A stretch of 64,000 nt of DNA from Planctomycetota bacterium (lineage in GTDB: Bacteria; Planctomycetota; UBA8108; SXIK01). This document shows positions 1-8,672 of this stretch, one piece after another. The position numbers and the translations under genes are program-made. Positions within the stretch are counted from its first letter, which is position 1, and every line of letters starts with the position of its first letter. The stretch is taken from positions 2,016,001 through 2,080,000 of the forward strand of contig OZ244999.1 of NCBI GenBank assembly GCA_965223265.1, read 5' to 3'. The notes under the pieces were generated by a model, which saw only the letters and a list, made by a program, of their open reading frames with translations, did no database searches and was not told the origin of the DNA.

Positions 1-1
1 G

Positions 2-334
2 AGCTTAGTGTCGGGCGGAACTCCGGGAACGAGTCCGGGCGACGAGGGAGGTTGGCAGCTCGCCGGCGACAGCAACCAGGATGCGTCCCTGGACATCTCC
101 GACGTCATCTCGCTCCTGGGACGTCTCTTTCTTGGGGGCGATCCGCTGCCATGCAGTGGCCTATCCGTTGAGTCGCCCGCGCACGTTTCGCTTCTCGAGG
201 TCAATGGCGACGGATCCATCGACATCTCTGACGCTGTATTTTTGCTGAACTATCTCTTTGTTTCCGGCGACCCGCCGCGACAAGGCACAGGGTGCTTTCG
301 CATCATCGGCTGTTCCGACGTTTGCACGCGGTAG
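2..334 (+). CDS. 3' fragment of a protein ending in a dockerin-like (double DxNxDG) domain
   Basis: Frame is open from the window edge. Motifs GDSNQDASLDISD..LGRLFLGG..C and EVNGDGSIDISDAVFLLNYLF, with terminal Cys residues. Confidence 0.8.
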   Translation, partial: SLVSGGTPGTSPGDEGGWQLAGDSNQDASLDISDVISLLGRLFLGGDPLPCSGLSVESPAHVSLLEVNGDGSIDISDAVFLLNYLFVSGDPPRQGTGCFRIIGCSDVCTR

Positions 335-610
335 ATCAGTGTGACGCGCTCCGTGGCGAGCCTGACGTCGCCCCCGAGAACTCGGGTCTGGTGGTGTTTG
401 GCCCGATCGCCTACGCGTCTTCTCTTCTTCTCTCGACTTTCCAGCCACGCGACGCAACGATTTGAGATTCAGCGTCGGGAGGTCCACGCGGAAATCACCC
501 ATCTTGAGACTCGACGCTTTCGTCGGCTCGCACCAAACTGTTGTTCTCCCGAGGCGCCCCGTCCGCGCCTCGCCAACTTGAGCCCCGTGCATTTTCGCAA
601 GGAGACACCC

Positions 611-3052
611 GTGACCCGTTCTCGCCGCGTCGGCTTCAGATCGCCCATGATTTCACGCCTGTTCACTCTTAGCTTTTCAGTGGCAGCTTTGCAGTTTTTG
701 ACCGCGACGCTCGGGGCAGCCGAGAGAGTCGATTTCTCCAAGGCGCAAATCGCTAGCACTCCAGCCGGCGGTCCAGCCGCAGCAAAGGCGGTCATGGTAC
801 TGCGACAAGAGATCGCCTCGCGGACAGGTCTCAAGCTCAAGATCACAACCGAATGGCCCGCGGGTAACGACCCAGTCATCGCCGTCGGTTTACGCGCCGA
901 AGGCGCAAAGCTCGCAGGTCCTCTGGCCGCGAAGGTTGCGGCGCTTCCTGCACCTGGCGCCGAAGGGTTTCATCTGCTCATCAGCGCGCGTCCGCGCCCG
1001 GTGGCCGTGATCGCGGCGAGCGACGACCGAGGAGTCCTCTACGGGGTGGGTGCGCTTCTCCGTAAGCTCGACTGGTCGGAGGGATTTGTAGGTCTTCCTG
1101 CGGCCTTGGTCGTTACGAGTACGCCTGAATATCCTATGCGCGGGCATCAACTCGGCTATCGGCCGAAGACGAATGCCTACGACGCTTGGACGGCGGAGCA
1201 GTTCGATCAATATATCCGTGAGCTCGCTCTCTTCGGATCCAACAGTATCGAGCTCATACCGCCCGTCTCGGACGACGAACGGGTGAACGAGCACATGAAG
1301 CTCCCGGCTATGGAGATGATGGTGCGGATGACCGAGAGCATTCACTCCTACGGGCTCGACGTCTGGCTTTGGTATCCGAACGTCGGCGAAGACTACGAGA
1401 GCGAGAGCGGCATTGCGGCGGAGCTTGCCGAGCGTGAGGAAGTGTTCTCCAAGCTGAAGCGTGTGGACGCGCTCCTTGTCCCGGGTGGCGACCCCGGTGA
1501 GCTTCACCCCGACGTCTTCTTTCCGTTCATGGGCAAAGTCGGCGACATTCTTGAGCGTATCCATCCCGGCGCCAAGATCTGGGTGTCACCGCAGGCGTTT
1601 CAGCCGACGCGGGAGTGGCTCCGGTCGTTCTACGCGCACGCAAATGAAAAGCCGAAGTGGCTCGGAGGTGTTTCCTTCGCGCCGTGGGTGAAAACGTCGT
1701 TGCCCGAGATGCGCGCCGTTCTCGATCCGGAGCTGAAAATTCGGCGCTATCCCGACATCACACACAACCTCGCCTGCCAGTATCCGGTGCGCGACTGGGA
1801 CCTCGCCTTCGCACTGACGCTCCATCGCGAATCGTACAATCCGCGGCCGACGGCGTTGAAAACAGTTCACAACGCACTGCGTGAGTATGCGGCTGGCTCA
1901 ATCACCTACACCGAAGGGATCAGCGACGACGTCAACAAGTTCGTATGGGGCGACCAAGACTGGGACCCGAACCGCCCTGTGATCGAGACGCTGCGTGACT
2001 ATTGCCGCTTCTTCATCAACTCCGAGTACAGCGACCAGCTGGCTCACAGCTTCATGGCGCTTGAGCGCAACTGGGAAGGGCCGGTCGCCGCCAACGATCA
2101 GATCGACATCACCTTGCGCCAGTGGCGCAGCTTGGAGAAGATTCTGCCGATGGTGTCCAAGGAGCGTTACCGCTTTCAGATGGGACTTCTTCGCGCCTAC
2201 TACGACGCTTACATCCGCCGACGCCTGATCTACGAAACCGAGCTCGAGATGCGCGCTCAGGACGCGCTCCGCACGGCCGGTGACATCGGCGCCGCTCGTG
2301 CGGTCTCCAAGGCGCGCGAGGTCCTGGGTCGCGCCAAGTCGGAGCCTGTCGCCCCCGACTACCGCAAACGATGCGAAGAACTCGCCGACTCACTGTTCGA
2401 GAAGATCGGCTCGCAGCTCACGGTGGCACGGCACGGCGCACAGCATCGAACGCGCGGTGCATTCATGGACGGCATCGACGAGCCGTTGAACAACACCGAG
2501 TGGCTTGCGGACCAGTTCGACAAAGTCGACCAGCTCGCCGATGAGACGAGTCGCCTGCAAGCCATTGAACGTATTCTCGACAGAACGAATCCGGGGCCCG
2601 GCGGCTTTTACGACAACATGGGCGCCTACGGCAGCGAACGGCGGATCGTTCGTGCCACAACCTGGGAGAAGGACCCGGGTACTCTGTCGACTCCGCGGAT
2701 TGCCTACGGCTATCGCATCGATGAAGCGCGAGACCGCGGCATTCCACTAGCCTGGAAGAATCAGGCGGGCGTGATCTATGAGACGCCGCTTAAGTTTCAC
2801 TATGAGAACCTCGATCCTGAGGCTACCTACCTGGCTCGAATTGTCTACACCGGGAAGCGTGGCAAGCGCATTCGCCTTGTGGCGGACGAGAAGTTTCCCG
2901 TGCACGACGTCATCGAAACGTGGAACCCTCCAGTACGAGAGTTTCGTATTCCCGGAGGTGCGACCGAAGACGGCCGCCTGACCTTGACGTGGAGCTGCGG
3001 TGAAGGCGAGCGCGGCGCGCAGGTCTCGGAGATTTTCCTGATTCGCGAATGA
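611..3052 (+). CDS. Secreted glycoside-hydrolase-like protein (GH20/GH67-type N-terminal domain)
   Basis: AAGGAG before GTG611 (alternative ATG647). Signal-peptide-like stretch. EGFHL..IAASDDRGVLYGVGALLR and TPEYPMRGHQL are typical of the hexosaminidase/glucuronidase N-domain and the barrel start. Confidence 0.65.
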   Translation: MTRSRRVGFRSPMISRLFTLSFSVAALQFLTATLGAAERVDFSKAQIASTPAGGPAAAKAVMVLRQEIASRTGLKLKITTEWPAGNDPVIAVGLRAEGAKLAGPLAAKVAALPAPGAEGFHLLISARPRPVAVIAASDDRGVLYGVGALLRKLDWSEGFVGLPAALVVTSTPEYPMRGHQLGYRPKTNAYDAWTAEQFDQYIRELALFGSNSIELIPPVSDDERVNEHMKLPAMEMMVRMTESIHSYGLDVWLWYPNVGEDYESESGIAAELAEREEVFSKLKRVDALLVPGGDPGELHPDVFFPFMGKVGDILERIHPGAKIWVSPQAFQPTREWLRSFYAHANEKPKWLGGVSFAPWVKTSLPEMRAVLDPELKIRRYPDITHNLACQYPVRDWDLAFALTLHRESYNPRPTALKTVHNALREYAAGSITYTEGISDDVNKFVWGDQDWDPNRPVIETLRDYCRFFINSEYSDQLAHSFMALERNWEGPVAANDQIDITLRQWRSLEKILPMVSKERYRFQMGLLRAYYDAYIRRRLIYETELEMRAQDALRTAGDIGAARAVSKAREVLGRAKSEPVAPDYRKRCEELADSLFEKIGSQLTVARHGAQHRTRGAFMDGIDEPLNNTEWLADQFDKVDQLADETSRLQAIERILDRTNPGPGGFYDNMGAYGSERRIVRATTWEKDPGTLSTPRIAYGYRIDEARDRGIPLAWKNQAGVIYETPLKFHYENLDPEATYLARIVYTGKRGKRIRLVADEKFPVHDVIETWNPPVREFRIPGGATEDGRLTLTWSCGEGERGAQVSEIFLIRE

Positions 3053-3065
3053 CGGCGCGGACAGA

Positions 3066-3237
3066 GTAGCGGGCACGCGCCGAGGCTGTGAGTGTTTTAG
3101 ACCTGCCGGTCACGGTCCACGGTCATCTCCGGTACGGTACACGGTGTATGCCTGCTACTCTAAACGCGTGCCGCCAGCACGACCGTGCGTTGCGCGTTCA
3201 CGTTTGAAAACTCACAGCCTCGCCGTGTGCTTGCTAC
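3066..3237. repeat. REP/REPIN-like inverted-repeat element between convergent genes
   Basis: GTAGCGGGCACGCGCCGAGGCTGTGAGT (3066) is inverted with AAAACTCACAGCCTCGCCGTGTGCTTGCTAC (3207-3237). An internal copy at 3135-3158 reads GTAGCAGGCATACACCGTGTACCG on the minus strand. Confidence 0.7.
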
Positions 3238-3246
3238 CCTCGGCGC

Positions 3247-3828
3247 TCACCGCTTGATCCGCTCGAGAGGCGGCCACGCCGTGCGGAGTTCCTCGCGCGT
3301 GGAAAGCTCGAGCGGTGTGAAGCGCTGCGGCGGCAAGCGGCGCAGCGCGGCCTCGCGTTCGAGCGCATAGTAGCGGTTGTACTTCTGCTGCGCGGCGTGG
3401 ACCTCGCCGAGGGATACGGTCTCGATGTAGGTCTCCCAGCGTTCGTTGAATGCGTCGACGCGTCTCGAAAGTTCTTTGATAACGCGCCGGGCGTCGGCTC
3501 GACCTGCCGCAGAGCGTTTGAAGAACTTCGGTTCGCGGGTCAGGACCTCGAGCAGGCGCAGCACGGATGCAGGCAGCTGGGTACGTCGCTGCTGGAGCGC
3601 GAACGCGAGCCGCCCGGCGGGGAGCAGGCTCTCGAGACGTTTCGATCTTTCGCGACCGATGGTTGCGTGCAGTTTCGCCAACGCCGCCTCAACGGCTTGG
3701 GCGCGGCGCACGAAGGACGGTACGCCGATGACGGCAGCCCGAGCGAGACGCTCGTCGCGGATAAGCGACGTCACGATGCTCTCAGGTCCGACCTCGTTTG
3801 GCGGATCTGCCGCGCCGGGACTGGTCAC
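3247..3828 (-). CDS. Hypothetical helical protein, 193 aa
   Basis: AAGGAG upstream of a GTG start. Natural-looking C-terminus (QQKYNRYYALEREAALR). Confidence 0.7.
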   Translation of the reverse strand: MTSPGAADPPNEVGPESIVTSLIRDERLARAAVIGVPSFVRRAQAVEAALAKLHATIGRERSKRLESLLPAGRLAFALQQRRTQLPASVLRLLEVLTREPKFFKRSAAGRADARRVIKELSRRVDAFNERWETYIETVSLGEVHAAQQKYNRYYALEREAALRRLPPQRFTPLELSTREELRTAWPPLERIKR

Positions 3829-4065
3829 GTTCTGCGTCTCCTTGTAGATGAATCGAGACGATCGGAAATGCCACGACGGTCCGAAAACCGGTAGTCGACA
3901 CCGCCGTGCGCGATTACACTATTGTCCTTCCATGACGCCGTGTGTGCACGGGTTTCCTCGATCATTGGCACCCACCTGATGGCGCGAAGAGGTCGACCGC
4001 TGCGTCGACGTGCGTGCACACGAGGCTATCCGCAACCTCACCCCGATCGACGAGAAAGGTGTGTT

Positions 4066-5994
4066 ATGACTGCCGTGACTCGCTCAGTTCGTTCCCTCTT
4101 CTTATTCCTCGCGTTCGCTTTCATCGCGGCACCTGCCGCTCGAGGCGAGAGTGAATTCAAGGCGATTTTCGATGGCAAGACACTCGACGGTTGGGCTGGC
4201 CTTGATGGCCTCTGGTCAGTGAAGGACGGCGCCATCGTCGGCAGCACGAAACCGAGCGGCCGCAAGGGGAATACGTTTCTCGTTTACGAGAAGGCTTTGA
4301 CGGACTTCGTCTTGCGGATCGAGTTCAAGCTCCTCGCCGGGAATTCGGGTGTGCAGTTCCGCAGTTCGCGCGTCGGCAATCCGGCCGACTACGTCATCAG
4401 CGGCTACCAAGCCGACATTGGCGAAAACTACTTCGGTTGTCTCTACGACGAAAAGCGTCGCGGCATGCTGCAGGAGACCGATCGAGCTTGGTTGGCGCCG
4501 TTTTTGAAGAAGGGCGAATGGAACAGCTACGAGATCCGTGCCCAAGGCAACAAGATCACTCTCGAAATCAACGGCCTGCAGACCGTCGAGTACATCGAAA
4601 AGGACGATTCGATGGCACGCACCGGATTGATTGCGCTGCAGCTTCACGGTGGCGGTCCGATGGAGGTCCATTTCCGTAATATCCAGTTGCAGGAGATCGC
4701 GAAGCCGAAGCTCCTCTACGTCACGACAGCGGCAGGATACGCGCATCGCTCGCGACCGCACTCGCGGGAGGTTTTGAAGAAACTGGGGATTGACTCCGGT
4801 CTCTTCGAGGCGACCACCACCGATACGACGGATCTGATCTCGCCGCAGGGGCTGAAGGACTTTGACGCCGTCATGTTCTACACCACCGGTGACCTCGCCC
4901 AGTTCCCGCTCAGCAAGGAGAACCGCGAATACTTGATCCAGTGGGTGAAGGATGGGCACGGCTTCATCGGCGTCCACAGCGCCACCGACACCTACAAGGA
5001 TTGGCAGCCGTTTTGGGAGATGATCGGCGGTAGCTTTCAGGCTCACCCGTGGAATGCGAACGACCCCGCCATCACGATCGACGTCGAAGATCCGTCGCAC
5101 CCCGCAGCGCTTGATGTGCCGTACGGCTGGAAGATCCAGGACGAAATCTACGAGTTCAAGAACTATGCCCGTAGCCGCCTGCACATCATTTTGAGCATGA
5201 ACCCGGAGTCGGCTGCAGGCAAAGGCTCACGACCCGATCGCGATTTCCCCATCGCGTGGTGCCGCGAATTCGGCAAGGGCAAGGTGTTCTACACCTCGCT
5301 CGGACACCGCTCGGACGTGTGGGATAACCCCATCTACCAGCGCCACTTGACGGGCGGCATCGGCTGGGCCCTCGGCGCGCCAGGTTATGAAGGCGATGCG
5401 ACGCCAGGGCTGGCGAAACCGTCGAATCAATTCGTGGCGCTGTTCGACGGCTCGTCGCTGAGTGGCTGGACGCCCAACGAGTATGAGAGGAAGGACACGG
5501 CGCGTTGGGTCATCAGTGACGAAGGTGTTGTCGTCGGACTGCCGACCGACGCGAAAAACGGCCACGGCCACCTCTTCAGTCCGCGGCAGTACGAAAACTT
5601 CCACTACAAGGCAGACATCAAGATCATCGACGGCGGCAACAGCGGCATGTACTTTCGCGCTAGCAAGGGTAAGCGCTGGCCGGACGGCTTCGAGGCGCAG
5701 ATCAACAGCACGCACGGCGATCCTGTGCGTTCAGGGAGTCTGTACCACATTCACAAGGTGTTTGAGCAAATGGCGAAGCCGAACGAGTGGTTCACCCAGG
5801 AGGTGATCGCGTACGGTGGTCACATCGTCATCCGCGTCAACGGCAAGCTCGCCACGAAGGTGAAGACACCGGTCGCGGGTCAAGAGGGTCTGGACTATCG
5901 CAAGGGCCACTTCGCCTTCCAGTTCCACGATCCGAAGTGCCACGTCGAGCTCCGCAACGTGATGGTGCGGGAGCTGCCGTCGCTGGAGAGGTAG
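4066..5994 (+). CDS. Secreted DUF1080 - ThuA-like - DUF1080 protein
   Basis: GAAAGG RBS and signal peptide. Two domains begin IFDGKTLDGW and LFDGSSLSGW, with GNSGVQFR / GNSGMYFR and IALQLH / FAFQFH. The central ThuA-like domain has GFIGVHSATDT and GKVFYTSLGH. Confidence 0.9.
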   Translation: MTAVTRSVRSLFLFLAFAFIAAPAARGESEFKAIFDGKTLDGWAGLDGLWSVKDGAIVGSTKPSGRKGNTFLVYEKALTDFVLRIEFKLLAGNSGVQFRSSRVGNPADYVISGYQADIGENYFGCLYDEKRRGMLQETDRAWLAPFLKKGEWNSYEIRAQGNKITLEINGLQTVEYIEKDDSMARTGLIALQLHGGGPMEVHFRNIQLQEIAKPKLLYVTTAAGYAHRSRPHSREVLKKLGIDSGLFEATTTDTTDLISPQGLKDFDAVMFYTTGDLAQFPLSKENREYLIQWVKDGHGFIGVHSATDTYKDWQPFWEMIGGSFQAHPWNANDPAITIDVEDPSHPAALDVPYGWKIQDEIYEFKNYARSRLHIILSMNPESAAGKGSRPDRDFPIAWCREFGKGKVFYTSLGHRSDVWDNPIYQRHLTGGIGWALGAPGYEGDATPGLAKPSNQFVALFDGSSLSGWTPNEYERKDTARWVISDEGVVVGLPTDAKNGHGHLFSPRQYENFHYKADIKIIDGGNSGMYFRASKGKRWPDGFEAQINSTHGDPVRSGSLYHIHKVFEQMAKPNEWFTQEVIAYGGHIVIRVNGKLATKVKTPVAGQEGLDYRKGHFAFQFHDPKCHVELRNVMVRELPSLER

Positions 5995-6091
5995 GAGCGA
6001 GGCCCGCTGACACCGATCGCTTCTCCAAACCATCGCCGTGACTTTGCGATCGCTTGTCCGATGGGCGTGCAAAAAAAAACAGAGCTCGGTG

Positions 6092-6119
6092 TTGACTTCG
6101 CGCCGCGGGACGATATTCT
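6092..6119 (+). promoter_or_regulatory. Putative sigma70 promoter
   Basis: TTGACT-16 nt-TATTCT with an upstream A9 tract (UP-element-like) at 6071-6079. Confidence 0.5.
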
Positions 6120-6201
6120 TGCGGCCTCGATTCGCTGCGCTGATGCAGCGGTCTCCCCGACAATCGTCCACACAGTCGTTCACATACTGGGAGCTCAGCT
6201 C

Positions 6202-6375
6202 GTGAAGTCCAGTAAACCGCAAGTCTTGAATTTGATCTCGCGAATCAGCGCGTATGCCGCTGACGGTGCGCTGCGGCGAGCGGTTTATCGAGTGCTGTGC
6301 GAGTCGCGTCTCTTGCACGACGGCTTCGAACCCACCTCGAATCGCTTTGACGCGAGGGGTCCAACGGGGATGTAA
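6202..6375 (+). CDS. Possible 57-aa leader peptide / small ORF
   Basis: GGGAG before GTG6202. The stop lies 25 nt before a strong terminator. No recognisable domain. Confidence 0.3.
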   Translation: MKSSKPQVLNLISRISAYAADGALRRAVYRVLCESRLLHDGFEPTSNRFDARGPTGM

Positions 6376-6400
6376 CGTTTCACTGAGAAGAAGAAAACGC

Positions 6401-6437
6401 AAAGCCCCGGAGGTCACGCTTCCGGGGCTTTTTCTTT
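6401..6437 (+). terminator. Intrinsic terminator / possible attenuator
   Basis: AAAGCCCCGGA-loop-TCCGGGGCTTT followed by TTCTTT. Confidence 0.8.
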
Positions 6438-6449
6438 GGGCTTCGACGT

Positions 6450-7100
6450 GGCCTCTGGGGGACGGACAGGAGATTTCGTCCCATGAAAAGATAGCGTATC
6501 GCCGTCGTGTTTCGTCCGGTTTCGGATCGCAATGCCGAAACGGGTCGACGTCGAGCTTTTACGAGAGGCACGACGTCGGGTCGTCCGCCGGCGCACCGCG
6601 CTCTGCGCGTCTGCGTCCCGGGAGACGGTATCGCACGCCCGAGAACCAGGCTGAGGCCTGATCTGTAGCTCAGTTGGATAGAGCAGGTGACTGTAACCAC
6701 CGAGTCATGGGTTCAAATCCCATCAGATCCCCTCGACGGATTGGACCTGCAAGGGTCCGCATTTTGGTCGGTCAGAAGCTCGAGGCTGAGTCGTTCAGTC
6801 GTGTTCTTTCGCACTGGGTAGTTGTCGTCGGAGCGCGACACCGTCGGTGGCTGGTTCCTCGGCCGCCACTCGGTCTCGGCTTTGTAGCGGGGCATCCCGA
6901 CGCGATCAAAGAAGCCGCCACCTGAGAGCTGCCAGCCGATGAGCTCGAAAGCTCAGCGATCTGGAAGGCTCCCCGGCCGCGGATCTCCCTGAGAGCGCTC
7001 GCACCTCGTTCCGCCGAAAAATGACCTCGCTTGTGAGGTCGCGACCGCGGGAACGATTTCCGCACGACTTCTGATCGGCTCTTTTGGAGCAGTTGTGAAG
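6450..7100 (+). ncRNA. Candidate large structured ncRNA with an embedded tRNA-like domain
   Basis: Dense nested stems: GGCCTC6450/GAGGCC6653, GTTTCGG/CCGAAAC around GCAA, CGACGTCG pair, CGACGG6734/CCGTCG6841, GGACC-tgcaag-GGTCC, GAGCT-cgaa-AGCTC, GACCTC/GAGGTC. No credible ORF. Confidence 0.55.
6659..6731 (+). tRNA. Aberrant tRNA-like element (GTA triplet, Tyr-like), probably non-canonical or pseudo
   Basis: D-arm TAGCTCAGTTGGATAGAGC, T-arm ATGGGTTCAAATCCCAT and acceptor GATCTG/CAGATC are present. The anticodon arm is one nt short, the variable loop is short, position 1:72 is mismatched and no CCA is encoded. Confidence 0.7.
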
Positions 7101-7172
7101 ATCAAGATCCATAGGAGGGTTCACTGGGAATCTTCCACAACCACCATCCACTCTGACGGAGGAACTGCAGCT

Positions 7173-8297
7173 ATGTTCCGTACTGTTCGAATCCGCGATC
7201 ATGAGCGCGGTCTGTGGTTCCGTAACGGGAACCTCCACCGCGTCCTCGCGAGCGGTCAATATCGTTTCCTGGCTCGCGCCCTATCGCTGCACAGCGACGA
7301 GGTCGAGATCTCCAACACGCTGGACGGTCGCTTCGATCACCCCATGCTCGACGTTCTGGTGAAGAGCGATGAACTGCGGAGTCTACTCGAGGTCGTGGAG
7401 CTGGCGGAGTCGGACCGCGCACTCGTCTGGACGGATGGCCGATTCAGTTCGATCCTCGGTCCGGGCCGGTACGCGTACTGGAAGGTGCACCGTAGCGTCG
7501 AGGTTGAGCGATTCTCGATCGATGATTTCTGGTTCCGGCATCCACAGCTCGATGCCATCCTGGGTCATCGAGAGAGTCTGAAGTATCTGACCTGCGTCGA
7601 CGTGAAGCCAGAAACTCAGACGTTTCTTCTCCGCGATGGCGATGCCTACGAGGAGCTGAGTCCTGGTCGACATGTCTACTGGAATGGTACAGCTCCGACC
7701 TTGGCGGTTAGCTTGGAGCGCCGTGAGCAATCTCTCGATGTCGCCGGCCAGGAGATCATGACGAGTGATAAGGTGACGCTGAGGGTGAACCTCTACGTCA
7801 CTCACCGCATCGTCGACGGTCGCGCGGCGCTACAAAACGTTCAGGACCACTCGGACGCGCTGTATCGTGAGGCGCAGCTAGCTTTGCGGGCGGCCGTGGG
7901 GCGACGTAAGCTCGATGCTCTCCTTGCCGACAAAGAGGTCTTGGTGCCTGAGATCCGAAAGGCTCTCGAGGCTCGAGCTTCCGAGTTCGGGGTGCAGATC
8001 GTGAGTGTCGGTCTCCGGGATGTGATCCTGCCCGGAGACATGAAGACGATCCTGAACCAGGTGATCGAGGCGGAGAAGAAGGCGCAAGCCAACCTCATCC
8101 GTCGTCGAGAGGAGACCGCTGCAGCGCGCAGTCAGGCGAACACCGCCAAGCTGATCGCAGACCACCCGACTCTTTTGCGTCTTCGCGAGCTTGAGATGCT
8201 CGGCGAATTGCTCGCCGGCACCCGTGCCACCTTTGTGCTCGGTTCCGGGGACATCGTCGAGCAGCTGCGTTCGCTCGTCGCTCGGGAAGCCGAGTGA
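7173..8297 (+). CDS. Slipin-family (SPFH/band 7) protein with three N-terminal beta repeats
   Basis: GGAGG RBS. QEIMTSDKVTLRVN, LYREAQLALRAAVG, GLRDVILPGDMK and RREETAAARSQANTAKL..P.LLRLRELE match the family. No TM helix. Confidence 0.9.
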   Translation: MFRTVRIRDHERGLWFRNGNLHRVLASGQYRFLARALSLHSDEVEISNTLDGRFDHPMLDVLVKSDELRSLLEVVELAESDRALVWTDGRFSSILGPGRYAYWKVHRSVEVERFSIDDFWFRHPQLDAILGHRESLKYLTCVDVKPETQTFLLRDGDAYEELSPGRHVYWNGTAPTLAVSLERREQSLDVAGQEIMTSDKVTLRVNLYVTHRIVDGRAALQNVQDHSDALYREAQLALRAAVGRRKLDALLADKEVLVPEIRKALEARASEFGVQIVSVGLRDVILPGDMKTILNQVIEAEKKAQANLIRRREETAAARSQANTAKLIADHPTLLRLRELEMLGELLAGTRATFVLGSGDIVEQLRSLVAREAE

Positions 8298-8326
8298 GGC
8301 ATGTCGTCCGCTGCTCTGGATCGTTT

Positions 8327-8358
8327 GGCCCCCTGCCCTCCTTGGGCGGGGGGCCTTT
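8327..8358 (+). terminator. GC-rich hairpin after the slipin gene
   Basis: GGCCCCCTGCCC..GGGCGGGGGGCC followed by TTT. Confidence 0.55.
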
Positions 8359-8361
8359 AGC

Positions 8362-8545
8362 TTAACAGCCCGCCTGAAAAAGTCATTCGGCCGAGAAACT
8401 AGCCTCTTCACGCCCAACTCGGCCGCGTCAATATCGCCATCAGAGTCAAAAAAGCGGGCCCGAAGATTGCCTCCGTTTGCCGCAGCCGATCTGGACGCGA
8501 AGAGACCAGTTTTCGACTCGAAGCACCTTTTTCAACAGGCTGTTA
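8362..8545. mobile_element. MITE-like element, copy 1
   Basis: Ends TAACAGCCCGCCTGAAAAAG and CTTTTTCAACAGGCTGTTA. Long internal self-complementarity. Homologous to 17984-18167. Confidence 0.8.
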
Positions 8546-8672
8546 GGCGTGGCACGCGCCGCGGCGGAGTTCGCTTGCTTGACCACAGGTTGAAGGAGCG
8601 GGCACTTCTCCAGCACGCCTCTGGGAGGTCGCGCTTTGAGGTGATCGCATCGGGCTCGCGCGTCCACCGTTG

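Noticed and set aside
6659-6731. Functional tRNA-Tyr or an integration site
   Set aside because: The anticodon arm and acceptor end are defective. No integrase or duplicated 3' end was seen.
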